DNA of 46,863 bases, the filler included, from Dimargaris cristalligena (lineage: Eukaryota), in NCBI GenBank assembly GCA_003614675.1. It is 2 parts of 2 records of this genome, joined end to end, with 100 filler letters (N's around TTAATTAATTAA, not from the genome) between each part and the next. Parts side by side here need not be neighbours in the genome. Positions count along the whole stretch, not along the records: positions 1 to 23,424 come from ML002610.1; 1 more part is not named here. One strand, written 5' to 3'. Made by a program: the position numbers and the translations under genes. Shown here in pieces: positions 1 to 12,128 of the stretch. The notes beneath the pieces are model-generated. The model was not told the DNA's origin. It saw nothing but the letters and a program-made list of their open reading frames with translations, and did no database searches. Every line of letters begins with the position of its first letter. Position 1 is the first letter of the stretch.

Positions 1-131
1 GTGGTCTGGTGGTTATCCAATAGGTCGTCATCTAAGTTAAACAGGACCTCAGGGGCCGTATTTGCGGGCGAGGGCGGGTAGTGGTGGCGGTGTTGGTTTA
101 TCCGCACGTCATCGGGATAGTCAGTCGACAT
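1..131 (-). CDS. 5' end of an unidentified protein-coding gene running off the window edge
   Basis: gccATG at 131 (minus) opens a stop-free frame to position 1: MSTDYPDDVRINQHRHHYPPSPANTAPEVLFNLDDDLLDNHQT...; divergent from MSH5. No family motif visible. Confidence 0.45.
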   Translation of the reverse strand, partial: MSTDYPDDVRINQHRHHYPPSPANTAPEVLFNLDDDLLDNHQT

Positions 132-1162
132 GGCTCAGAAAAAAACAACAAATAAATAGATACAAGGAGGCGTTTGAATATAATAGTGGGGGTTGGGGTG
201 GGTGGACTTTTACTTGGGGGTATATTTGAGGCGGCTACTGCCAAAAGACCGCAGCAAAGAATTGTTAAGGGCTGGCCATCTAGAGAGGCTTGTATATGAA
301 CCACTGGAGTCGAAAGGGTAAAGGGAAGGCCGCAGGTTGGTTTGGCGAAGAATGTAACAGCCGAAACAGAGAATGGTATAGTTATATAAACAACACGGAA
401 GCCAAGCTGTGTGCGAGACAATCGATAGCAGGCGTGTGGTCCAAGGTGGAACCTCGCCCCTTGAAGGCGGCTAGGCTGAAGAGTAGCGCAGCCTAGGATG
501 GCCGCCTTTTTCAAACCAAAATTGGACCTCACAGTGGACCATTGAATTACCCCTGTCCCCCCTTTCTTCCATGTTGCTCCAAAACAACAAGGGAAGAGGA
601 CTAGGCGTGGAGGGCGATGGTTGGTACAATTGGCCGCTGTGACTTGGGTCTCTAGAGCTTTCGTAGCCTGTTGGTAGTCAGTCACCTGACCCACGGAACA
701 GTCCAAGTTTTCAACAATGCTTGAATTAAATAGGCTGACAAACTCAAATAAACCGAAAATATAACAACCACATTGATAGTAAATGCAAAGGAACATCGCC
801 AAATGTAGACACGCAAGGGACAGCATCACTTAGTCCTAAGCCACTTCCCAAAAGGTAAGCTGTAAAGAGATGGCGTCATATGGAAAGAAAGTGGTTAGCC
901 TGGTATACCGGCACTTGGATTCTAATACCGAGGTATGCTAAGAGGCTAGGCAGTATCAGGGGCCCACCACGGTTGATGCTCCCCCTTTTTGTTGTATGCA
1001 TGATGCATACACCCGAGTCACTAAATCGAACCGGCCATTATTAATGCAATTATGAATCTAACCAAAACCATTTACCAATGTCTTTCTGCTTTCTCTTGTT
1101 TTCATCGAGGTATATTCACCGGTAATATGAAGCGTACCATCGGCAAAAGCCATGGGGACACC

Positions 1163-4100
1163 ATGTCCTCTTATAGTGCGGAACCCCGGGTCCAGTCCCG
1201 TCGTACGTCGGTTTTCCCATCTCCATCCCCGTCCCTGGTCTGGCCCTCGTCTCCCACCCAGCCTCAACCACACCATTCTCCTTCGATCGATGCCTGGCCC
1301 AGCCCTGCTCCTGTCCAGCAGGTGGTGATCGAACCAGAGACCCCATCGACTCGCCGGTTTTTCCAGCGCCTGTCGTCCGTCGCGCCTAGTACACTGGACA
1401 GCGATGATTTTTCGGGAGCGGAAAGCAACGCCCCCGATGACCACAGTCTGTACTCAAATCTAGTAAATCGCCGCATACAAACGACCATTCAACACGTTGG
1501 CCGTATTCACGACTCTTCAGTTCCACCACCCGCCATTGGCATCGATCTACCGGCGCCCCAACCCTATTCCCTTCATAATTGGCCCCAATCCCCTGTCCAT
1601 GTTCAAATCAGTCAGACAGGAATACAAGGTATTGTACACAAGTGTCCCAACACAAAAACCAGCGTGCCTTTGGCCTTTGTAGGCCCCCTTATTTGTCATT
1701 GTCTTCTTTATCCCGACCTCCACCACAAGGTACACAGAACTGATACAGTGACTATCGGTTGAGAAACCTGGCCCAGTTGCGCCTAACCAGACACAAATCT
1801 TACTGAATCTTTAATGGTATCCGTTAGACCAAATGGCCCGAAGCAGTGGCGTGGAAGCCATCGAGTACGCCCCTACAGATGCATCAGAAACCAGTGGAAT
1901 TTTAGCCATCTTGGTCACGGCGACTAAAGTCGGCTGTGCTTACCTGAACGTCACTGAGCATTGTGTCTCTATTCTTGAGGATACGCCAGTGGTATCGGAC
2001 TTCGAAATAGTCGACCTGGGTAAGATTCTCACCCACAATGTGGCACCAATTGGGGTATACGAATAGGTACAATTGTTTTAGTCAACAGAATACGCCCCAA
2101 TGAATGAACTGAGCAGGTTTTAAGGTCGTTCGTTCAGATTACCTAAATATTGGTCATTGAATTGAGAGACCAATCATTCTTTGCTACTCTGTAACTGTTG
2201 CGTTTAAAATACCCCAGTTAAGCGACAGACGATGCCATACCTGATATTGGCGTGCGAAGACACCTCCCATTCTCTAATTGAAACACTGGAAATGCCTCGT
2301 AAGTGCCAATGCAGGAGATTTCTTTAAAGGATTATCATGGCAAGCGGATGTCCTTCTGATACAATGGAATACACTAATGTTCTTGCTCGGTGACTATCGT
2401 TAATTAACTTACTACCCATTGTCACTATTATTGAACAAACCGATTTTTCCTCTTTGAATCAGTCCCCCAGTCCCTTCTTCCGAGTAATGTAAAATTATAC
2501 GGGAAACGGCAGTTCGCGTACACTTATGCCCGCAATTGGCTAGTATCTACGGGCTTCGTGGACTCGGATGATCAGCGTAGAGTTCCACATAGGCCCAGCT
2601 CAACTGGTACTCGGCATCCTACTCTTGAGTTCTCGGTACTTGTCCAAACTCTGTCGGTAGGTTTATTCATTTTTTAACGAGCTGCGTTGAAATATATTGG
2701 TTTACACATACTCTAACCTCAACCCAAGTGGGATAGCTCTAATAACATACATTGCTTCTATAATAGAATATATTATAACACGGATTTAGATCCAATGCGT
2801 TGGCGCCCTACTGAATTTTATCCACGACAGTCCCAGCTTTCCGGGCGATACACTGCTCTACATTGAATATACTCAAATAATGAATCTGTAGGCACCCTAA
2901 CTTTTAATCTTATATTTATTCAAAGGCACCCACTATAATTGGCATTTTGGAGTCCCATTAAAAACATATACTAACCATATACTTTCACTGTGTTATTCCG
3001 ACTGCCTTCGTATGGTTGCTAGCTCGGAGTATATGGCCATCGATACCGATACAATGAGGTAAGGGTCACTGGATTACTGTCGACAGTCACTTATATCATT
3101 TTAGCGAATATTACTAACTTACAGGTCTATAATACATATAATTGTATGGCAGATCTGTCCCGATATTCAAGTCCCAAAATCACCCCAATATGCACCAACA
3201 AGACCGTAGTAAGGAGGGGGTATCATTATTTTGTAAGCAAATACGCTTTGTGGATTATCTACACTCGCACCTACTTTTTGAAATGGTTATAGTGGGTCTG
3301 AACCCAGAGATTTCCTCCAGCTCTATACATCGGCTAACTCGATATATCAATATAAACCATAATGTATATACTGGGACCAGCTTTACTGGACCAAACCCGA
3401 ACCAAGTATGGTCGTAGTGTACTCAAACAATGGCTTGCTCAACCCCTTCAAAATCGCCAACGAATAGAGCAACGGCAGGAGAGTGTGGGGTACTTTTTAG
3501 AGACCAGCCATATAGCCATGAAAGACAGTTTACGGGAATGCCTCTCAAACATGAATCACCCCCTTGGCGTTAATCGACTTCCTGGCAAGCTTACACTAAC
3601 GGACTGGATCGGACTTAGAAAGGTAGATTCTATGCGGGGACGAGTATATTAGGCGAAGTACTCATTCAGTCGTTAAGTGTACATTTGGTACAGAGTCGGC
3701 CATTAAATAGTCTGTCTGCTCATTAGCTAATACCGCTGTAGCCACCCTACTCTAATATGTGTAGTTTTTAACTGGTCTCATCAAAGCTGAAGGTATCTTG
3801 CGGGGGTCTGGTTGTAATACCTCGGTGGCCCAAAAGGTGAGTTGCTCATTAAACCAATTATCGTATATCGGGAGATGGTATATATCTTCCATTTTTGAAA
3901 TGGTTTAATAGAGTCGTTCATTGAAAAGTAATTATTCTTTATCCCTGTGTCTAGTTTTTTGACATACCGCTAATCTCTCTAAGAGAGGTACTATCATCAA
4001 TTACCTCGATAGTAAGTCATATTTCCCGTAATTCATTTTGTGGTGCTTGTAGCCACTTAGCAAACTAATGCGAGGCTATACATTGTTAGTATACCAATCA

Positions 4101-7100
4101 CGGACGGCTGATCTCTATCTTTGTAACCTGTTAACTTCGTAAAACTCACTACTAATATGGTTAAATTATATTCTCACCCAGGTGGATTTTGAAACAAGTA
4201 AAATCGAGGAGAGAATGGTGGTTAAACCTTTCGTTGACAAGGTATTTTTAACAAAGATCAAACTATCGTATAAAAATATGGGGATATTCGCAATATCTAA
4301 CCAGTCCATAAATTCATTTACTAAATCAAGTCAATATCTAGGCACACCTCCTATGTTACCATACGAATAGTATCTTGACGACCTTAGAGTCCGCTACGAG
4401 AATTTATCCAAATTCCTGGTAAGATAGCTCCTTTTCTATTCCAACATTTTACCTGACGTTATTTAGTGAACCGAGCAATGTCTAAGTAGTTTCAACCAAA
4501 TTGGCTTACTAAATAATTATTTTTTACATAATATAATATTCATTTGCATCTAACTTTATAGACGCGCATCAATACTCATATTATTCAGGGGGTGACACCG
4601 TCCCAGCGGACCGGAATTAAGACTCTATATTTTCCTCAACTGGGGTTTTTGGCCACATATACGTCAGCAAATAGTCCAGAAATACAACTTGATCAAATGT
4701 TACCGGGATATACTCTAATCGTAAGGCTTGCACTATTGGAAATTACTTGTCACTGTGTTTTTTTGTTGTATTTAAAGTAGTAGCCCATTTTATTATGGCG
4801 GTCACCAATCTATGGGCCAGTTTTAGTTGAAATATGTCTATTTATTTTTGTATCGTTGACCAAATGTAGTTTCAAACCGAGAACCAACTCTACTTCAAAG
4901 CCGATATACTACGAGGTAATCACCAATCCCTAACTATGTTTAAAGAACTTCGGTAGGAAAAACTGCTACGCCATCTTATGCCTAACCCTTTTCGGCTACC
5001 TTTGCCATCTCGTATTTTTCATGACCAGAAATCGACCAAAATTATGGCGATATTTATTACTCTGTCACAGGTATTTACCATCTCCTTTAAATTGGAAGTG
5101 TTTGTCTAATGTCAGTAAGAAAACTTCAATGAAGATGGCGACTGATTCTATAAACCCGAAACGTTGTACCTAACCATCACCTACGCCCATTATAGATCGA
5201 GAAACGGAAATCATCCAAGACCTGACGGGCCTGGTTCACGAGCACTTGGGTGATATCCGCCGGGTTGGGTTAGCGGTGGGCTATTTGGATTGGTAAGTAG
5301 GCCCCATTTTTTTTAGCGATCTCTTTATACCAGTGCCTAAGTTATTATTAAAATACTGCCGACGTTGAATCGCCTAGAACGAAGACTCGCGCATAGTTGC
5401 CTGTTTATATAGCCCAATGCATAGCTAATACCAGCTAATGTACCCCTGTTTTACTCGATACCCATTAATAAAACAGCATTATGGCGCTGGCCGAAGTCGC
5501 TAGCAAACTTAATTATTCTCGACCAAAATTCCTGAAAGAGCGGCGCTTTGAACTACACGATAGCAGGTAGGTTAGGCAAATATACCAGGCCAAGCACACT
5601 GGCCGGAATTACTTCGTTGATGCCAGATGCGTAACAGCCATTTGTGTCAGAACTAATCAAAATTCAATATTGGGTAGTGGATATGTCCAACCGTTAGGCA
5701 CCCAATTCTCGATTCCTACACCGATTTATGTATGCCAAACAATATCGAATTGGCTGAGGAGCAGAAACTACTTCTTTTAATTGCGCCGAATAGCTCCGGC
5801 AAAAGCATACTGATGGAGCAGGTAAATTAACAACGTTATCTCTATGTAAATAAGTTGCTCTATCAGCACGTATTGACTACACACTAAGCAATATTATGCT
5901 TCAAACCACACCTTGCTTGTCTGCATTGCCAGGTTTGCCTAATCGCCGTCATGGCTCAAATCGGAAGGTAATGGTTCTTTTAAAAATATCGGGATGGTGA
6001 GAACTAAGTATAACTGCAGTGTTTTCTGTAGCCGTAAGGTTTATTATACTAATCAAAAACCATTATCTACCAACTAATACCCAGTTTCGTCCCTGCCTCT
6101 GCGGCCGAATTGTGCCTCTTTGATCGCATAATGGTTAAGAATCGAACCCATGAAACCATATCAACGGTAGGATAGGGCTCGGGCGTTGCCATTGAACACA
6201 TGCATGGTCTTCATATAGCATATTACCTTTGGAGTATAGACAATTATTTATCAAAAATGGCTTACATGGTTCTCAGTTTACACCAAATGTACACGTTATG
6301 TTGGTTATATGGCAGGAGGAGAGTGCTTTTACTAAAGATCTTCACACAGTTTCGAAGGCTTTTCGAAGTTGCTCCCAGCGTTCCCTCTTCATATGCGATG
6401 AATTCGGTCAAGGAACGCTTGTGGCTGGTAGGAACTGCATCTATAAAATTATAATATATTTTTAATTTGATAGTGGTGAGTTTGATTAATCGATACCCAG
6501 GAGAACCTTAAATTTGCCCCATATACTAATAATACCGGGGGTTCTCGTCTAAATTCTTACGAGAATGGGCTACTTGCAGATGGAATCGGTTTACTAGGAG
6601 CGACTTTTCAATGTTTTATGGAAAAGACTGAATCTTGTCCCACGATTCTAGCGGCCACCCACTTCCATGGTAAGCCAATGTTGTAAAGTAAATCTGTTGC
6701 TGACAATTCCAGCAAAACCAATCTATGTAGGCGGAGAGGTCGTCACGGGTAAGTGGTCGGTTGTGCATCCCAGTTGTTTGAGAGAGAGAGAAAGTTAATC
6801 TAGGTTTTGTACTGCGGCTAAATTCGTTTGGATTATTGCCTGATTCTAATATGTATGGGCTCATTAGAGTTATCGGAGGGTGGCGACATAATGGCCCCTT
6901 ACAACGACCGAGTGAAGTGGATGACTATGGACGTTCTAGTTAATGATGATCAAATGGACGATGTAACTTTTCTTTATAGGTAAGAAGCGGCTGGGCTGAG
7001 TAATTTGGTCGATGTAAATGTAGGACTATATTATGTGATAGTAGGCGGGGATCAAAATCCTTATTATCAGCCTAACATTAATGCGACTGTTCCATCAACC

Positions 7101-7610
7101 GCAATTTTGAATGGTACTATACCCAAAGGGCTATACCAGGATCATCGACCTGTACATGGGCCTTTACATGCGCTCGGCTAGCTGGTGTTCCGTCCTCGGT
7201 GATAGAAAGAGGTAGGAGGCTGGGGGATATTTATAAGCCATCCCTGTAACTTAGCATAATACTGCCTTCTTTTCAGAGTATACCGTGCAGCATAGTGGAT
7301 AGTCTGTGGGGGGGGGGCGCCCAATAGTTGGCCCGCTGGATCCAATCAGAAAAAAGCCTACTTAAGCTCTAACTACTTCTGGTTTTAAATGATTCTTATA
7401 TTAGCCAAATCAAGTCAAAGTCTATTCCTATACTCAACCCGCACGGCCAACTCTGTGGCTGACACCGATCCCGATGGGACAAAGACATCCGGGAGCTCTT
7501 CCTCTGACATATGGGATAATATCGAAACCAGTTTGTCCCAACTCGACTGCGGGTCACCAGGGCAAGTGCAAGCCTTCTTAGACAAATTTGGCCTCGAGTT
7601 CATTAGTTGA
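1163..7610 (+). CDS. MSH5: MutS homolog 5 (meiotic crossover protein), ~25 exons
   Basis: Hand-spliced GT-AG exons (approx. 1163-1628, 1828-2019, 2218-2298, 2463-2656, 2790-2887, 3023-3058, 3153-3232, 3381-3622, 3765-3836, 3955-4011, 4182-4241, 4371-4418, 4562-4720, 4870-4915, 5029-5070, 5196-5292, 5477-5566, 5698-5821, 5933-5967, 6085-6166, 6316-6427, 6580-6669, 6868-6979, 7129-7211, 7405-7610) give one continuous frame. MSH5-typical motifs: KVGCAY..ED, HPNMH..KEGVSLF, DFETSK..RMVVKPFVD..LDDLR, YFPQLGF, RHP, Walker A APNSSGKS, MAQIGSFVPA, ESAF..DL, Walker B DEFGQGT, ATHFHEL, VTFLYR, GVPSSVIERA. Confidence 0.9.
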
Positions 7611-7960
7611 AAGCTGGATTAAGCAGGAGTACTGCCGAGTTAGGGCATTTATTACTGTTTACTCAGCCCTACTCTCCGAGGCAAGACTATCCCCACAAGT
7701 CTTACCTCACATCATCTTTTACTCGCATTATTTTTCAATAGTTACAATTATATAAAATATATCATCTTCACATAAAGGCACAGCGGGGTAAGGTATCACA
7801 GGCTCTAATAGCCATTCATTCTTTTTTAATACGCAAAGTCCAAAAAAAAAAGGGATATAAAAACATGTAGAACTAATTACCTATCTGACAAAGGGAGGGA
7901 ATCTGGCATTATAGGAGAGGAGTGTGCAAGGTTTTTCACAATCGTTGTATATAAGGGAAT

Positions 7961-9134
7961 CTAAGCTTCCTGTTCGGCCAAGAATTTCTCGGCGTCCAGG
8001 GCGGCCATACAGCCGGACCCGGCAGCGGTCACGGCTTGGCGGTACCGCTTGTCCTGCACATCACCGGCGGCGAACAGCCCCTCGATATTGGTGTGGGTGG
8101 TACCGGGCTGAGTCACGATGTAGCCGGTTTCATCGAGAGTGACGGTGTCCTTGAACACCTGGGTGTTGGGGGTGTGACCGATGGCGTAGAACAGGCCGCT
8201 GACGGGTAAGTCGGTATTTTCGTTGGTCTTGTTGTTCTTGATGGTCAGCGAGGTGAGAAGGTTACCGTCACCGTTGGCCTTAACGGCCTCGGTGTTCCAG
8301 AGGACGGTGACCTGGGGGTGACTAGTCAGTCGCTTGGCCATGATACTGGAAGCGCGGAGCTGGTCGCGGCGCACCAGAACGTACACGTGGGAGGCGTACT
8401 TGGTCAAGAAGGTAGCTTCTTCGGCGGCGGAATCACCCCCACCGATGACGGCCAGAGCCTTCTTACGGAAAATAGGGGCGGCGCCATCGCAGACGGCACA
8501 GGCCGAAATACCGGCCTGCCAGTACTTATCCTCGCCTTCAATGTGGAGGCGCTGGGCGGTGGCACCGGTGGCTACGATGATGGTATCGGCGGTATCGGGG
8601 GTATCACTATCCCCGTCGGCGCCCTCGATCCACAGCTTAAAGGGACGCTGCGACAAATCCACGCGGGTGATGGTTTCGGAGATGATTTTAGTGCCGAATC
8701 GCTCGGACTGGGCGCGCATCTTGTCCATGAGCTCTTGGCCCATCATACCCTCGGGGAAGCCGGGGAAGTTTTCCACGTCGGTGGTGGTGGTCAACTGACC
8801 ACCGGCGGCAATACCACCGGCCATGAAACCTTCGTAGAGGACAGGTTCCAGGTTGGCACGGGCGGAGTAAATGGCGGCGGTGTGACCAGCAGGGCCGGAA
8901 CCAATGATGGCCTGTGATTAGAGAGAGAAGTGGGACATCAATAGAGGAGTCTGATTAGTATATTGTTGGAAGTGATGTGTGATGGGGGGGGTGGTGACCT
9001 AAGGAGTCCTTGCGGCATCTATATTACTATTGTCCTATTATATATAGAGGGAGTCTCTAATAAGGTAAGGATTAGTTCGCTAGTAAGCCAATGGAGAACT
9101 GGTGGGGGGGATTACTTACAACTTTGGTGTGCAT
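7961..9134 (-). CDS. TRR1: Low-molecular-weight (bacterial/fungal-type) NADPH thioredoxin reductase, 2 exons
   Basis: Exon 1 9120-9134 (MHTKV|gtaagt), exon 2 7961-8911 (cag|[15 protein letters not shown]...). Motifs [22 protein letters not shown], redox [33 protein letters not shown]. An upstream in-frame ATG lies at 9230. Confidence 0.97.
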
Positions 9135-9269
9135 GGTTGACTGGAAATTGAGGGAGTGAGAGGTGTGACGAAGAGCGGAGGCTTGAATAAAACGAGAGGA
9201 TGAGCAAGAGAGAACTCGACCAAAGATCATACTATACTTGAATGGTGGAGGAGGAGGACAGGTAAGTTA

Positions 9270-9282
9270 TTTATATATATAT
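9270..9282 (-). promoter_or_regulatory. Possible TATA element for TRR1
   Basis: TATATATATAAA-type tract about 40-50 bp upstream of the 9230 ATG on the minus strand. Confidence 0.35.
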
Positions 9283-10174
9283 TTAGAAGAAGGCCACGCA
9301 GCAACAACAATATGTTCTAACCGTTGGGGTGTATATATCAAGGGAATAATAGCTAACGGGGGGAAAGGGTGCCGTCTCTTATTTTACTACAAGGGAAGGA
9401 AAGAAGTAGTAGTACAGGGAAAGAAAGGATTGGATTAGGTAAGTAAGTCTCTTCTTAAATGCAGGATAGGCGAGGAGATGTAATTGGTGAGTGTGGTGGA
9501 TAGAATCATGTATGCACGTGGATCAAGGGCGTTATTTATGGCAAAGTTAGATGCCGATGACGCGGAAAGTCCACACAGGGCATGTTATGTGTGGCTTGGT
9601 CAGCGTCGTAATTCGACGGAGTCACGTATTTTGCCAATGGCGAAGGCCGACGGGGCTTGGCATGTCTATTCTGAATTGGCCGCCACACCTACATTACTGA
9701 CTTACCAATAGCGGTGGTGCCTATGGTTTTCTAGGCTTCAAGCTATGCACCCCATGTGAATAAACTGGGCAGCAGGGCTACCTACGGTAGAGGCCCTACT
9801 ATTCTATTTGGTAGGACTGCTTAATTGGGCGAGTCAATACGGGGTGTGATTAGCTGAGGGATGTTAAATAGGAGAATAGTTTTACTAGTAAGGTAGGGCA
9901 GCCACTACAAACGCTGCCGTAGCAATCTCGCCTCGTTGCCCATTCGTTGCCGCCCGAGAGGTTCGGCCAATCGCCGTAAAACAGGGCCGTGGTTAATATA
10001 TAGAAATACCAATCAAGCGCTTCGACATTAGTCAGCATATTGCCCACATACCCGCGCCAGCCAATTCGGGGCCAGCCTCTCTAGGTCCTTTCATTCGAAG
10101 ACAGGGGGAACTTAGCAAAATAGTATGGCCCAACTCCCTTTCCAGCAACTCCTACGGGTCACAAGGCCACCCAC

Positions 10175-10217
10175 CACACACACACACACACACACTCTCT
10201 CTCTCTCTCTCTCTCTC
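10175..10217. repeat. Compound (CA)n(CT)n microsatellite
   Basis: Directly visible in the TRR1/citrate synthase divergent intergenic region. Confidence 0.95.
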
Positions 10218-12128
10218 AAAACTATCCAGCGAACTGGATGATGATAAGGCTGGGTGGGGAAGTTGCTACTAGATGCTTCGCTATGGTGTGCCATCTCATA
10301 TTATTATCCCTCTCACCATATATATATGGCCTGTTGGCCAGTCACTCCTCTATTGGCCAATTCCGCACCAGGGCTCCTCGCCGGTAATTGTCGTCTACTT
10401 GCTCGTAATTGGAAATGGCCGCCGTAAGAGAAGTCGCCTATAAAATCCATTGAAAATTCCGACCTGGCCAATATCAACTAATAGGCCCCCTTCATCGCAA
10501 ATCCAGAGACCATTATGATTATCGAAAGGTAGACACGGCACCTCCCCCGATTTGGGGTATATTGATTTCTACTATGTGCTCATTGGGGTTTTTTTTGGCC
10601 TGCTATAGTTTAGACTATAGTTAATGGCTCTATTGCTCGCTCAGACCCGCTCTGCTTGTGGGGGGGGGGGCAGAATAAAACTCTACTTCATCTGTGGGGG
10701 GGGGGCAGCGGTTCCTTCTGCCTAGAGGTATAGAGTGCCTTCTGAGTTTTCGTCTCTAAAACAAAGCGTAAGACTGGACATATAGGTGTGGGTGGAAGTA
10801 ACGACTACACCCTGGGTTTAGTATTAGCTTGTCGTTGCTGTTGTTGTGTTAGTCTAACTCAGTGCCGGGTTATGGAACTCATGTTAGAGGTGCCGTAAAC
10901 ATAGTCCAACTTATATACATCAACGACACCCATGGTGACTGGATGGATAGCCCTCCCTAATGATTAAAATAGCGGAAGCGGGTCATGCGTGCCTCACCTC
11001 CCATCAACCCTCGGTATTAATCTGGTGTTTTCGATAGTCACCTGGTCTACAGGGTATGGATATGTTCCTACGCCCTTCCTTCCGCAATGTGTCCGTAATC
11101 TTCCAACCGGTACCAGACGATTGTTTAAAAAAGATAGCCACGGAAAGACTACAGTATCCCATGGACTTCTCGTAGAGATAGATAAGCAAATATGCGAAAT
11201 TTATATCAGGTAGGTCATGCGGTTATCGATCTCCAGCCGTGGTGGTTTGGCGGGAAGGAGCATTTATGTATATTCGTTCGTTGGTAAACCCTTTATAGAT
11301 AAGGTCGGGCAAGAAAAGGGCACTAGTCTAATATATCTTATAACCACTTTATCGAACATAGGAGATAAGGTCCAGCCGTTCCCACTAGATAAATGACGAG
11401 TGACGAAAAGGATATGGCGCGTACTTGTTACCTGCTCTTCTCCTTTACTAACTACGTCGTCCGTATCCACACAGGCTGAGCATGAAAGGGAGTAGATAAA
11501 CAGGTGCCAATCAGCGCCGGGTCACCAAAATCACACGCCAATCGCAGCCCTTGCCTTGGACTGCTTTGCCAGGGCTGACGACGTCAGGAGGATTATGATA
11601 GTAGCCGCTGATGCTTATGCGGCTACTAAGAAATAAAAGGTGTATTTGCCTGTCTGTATATGCGCGATAGCATATACTCATTACTCCCTCTATCATTAGC
11701 ATATATTCACCCCTCCTTTACTATACAATACGAACACCAAACAGCACTCATCCAGATAAAGTCAGCAGCCATTTAATGCCCGGTCTTCAATACACCGCGC
11801 CCCTTTAAATACACCACTCCCCCTTCCTCTTGTCTCAGTGTGTCTTCTCCACCTATCTATTCCTTTCCACCCCACTCCACTGGACTATATTCCATCCTCC
11901 TTCTCCTCTATTCCATTATCATTTTTCTTAGCCCCCCAGTGTGCTTCGCAGTTCCCTTGGCCCACACTCCCTCCTATCTTTTAACTTTCCCTGTTTATCA
12001 CACCCTTGCCGTTTTCAGGCACGCCCCAGGAAGTAGTGGCCCTTCTCAGCTTAGCCAGGTTCCCTTTTGCTCCCACTCCGCCCAGACATTGTGCCACCCC
12101 CGCTCCCTAGCCCTAGTGCATTTCCGAC

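Noticed and set aside
98..829. 243-aa minus ORF and overlapping 68-aa plus ORF
   Set aside because: No recognisable motif; they occupy the divergent promoter/UTR region.
7961..7990. Selenocysteine or readthrough extension of TrxR
   Set aside because: Low-MW type ending EQEA-TAG; no GCUG motif, no TGA-CTA context, and the readthrough frame gives no PTS1.
8318..8917. Long antisense ORFs over TRR1 (similarly over MSP1, the mucin, AKR and MATE)
   Set aside because: Shadow frames caused by GC3-rich codon usage.
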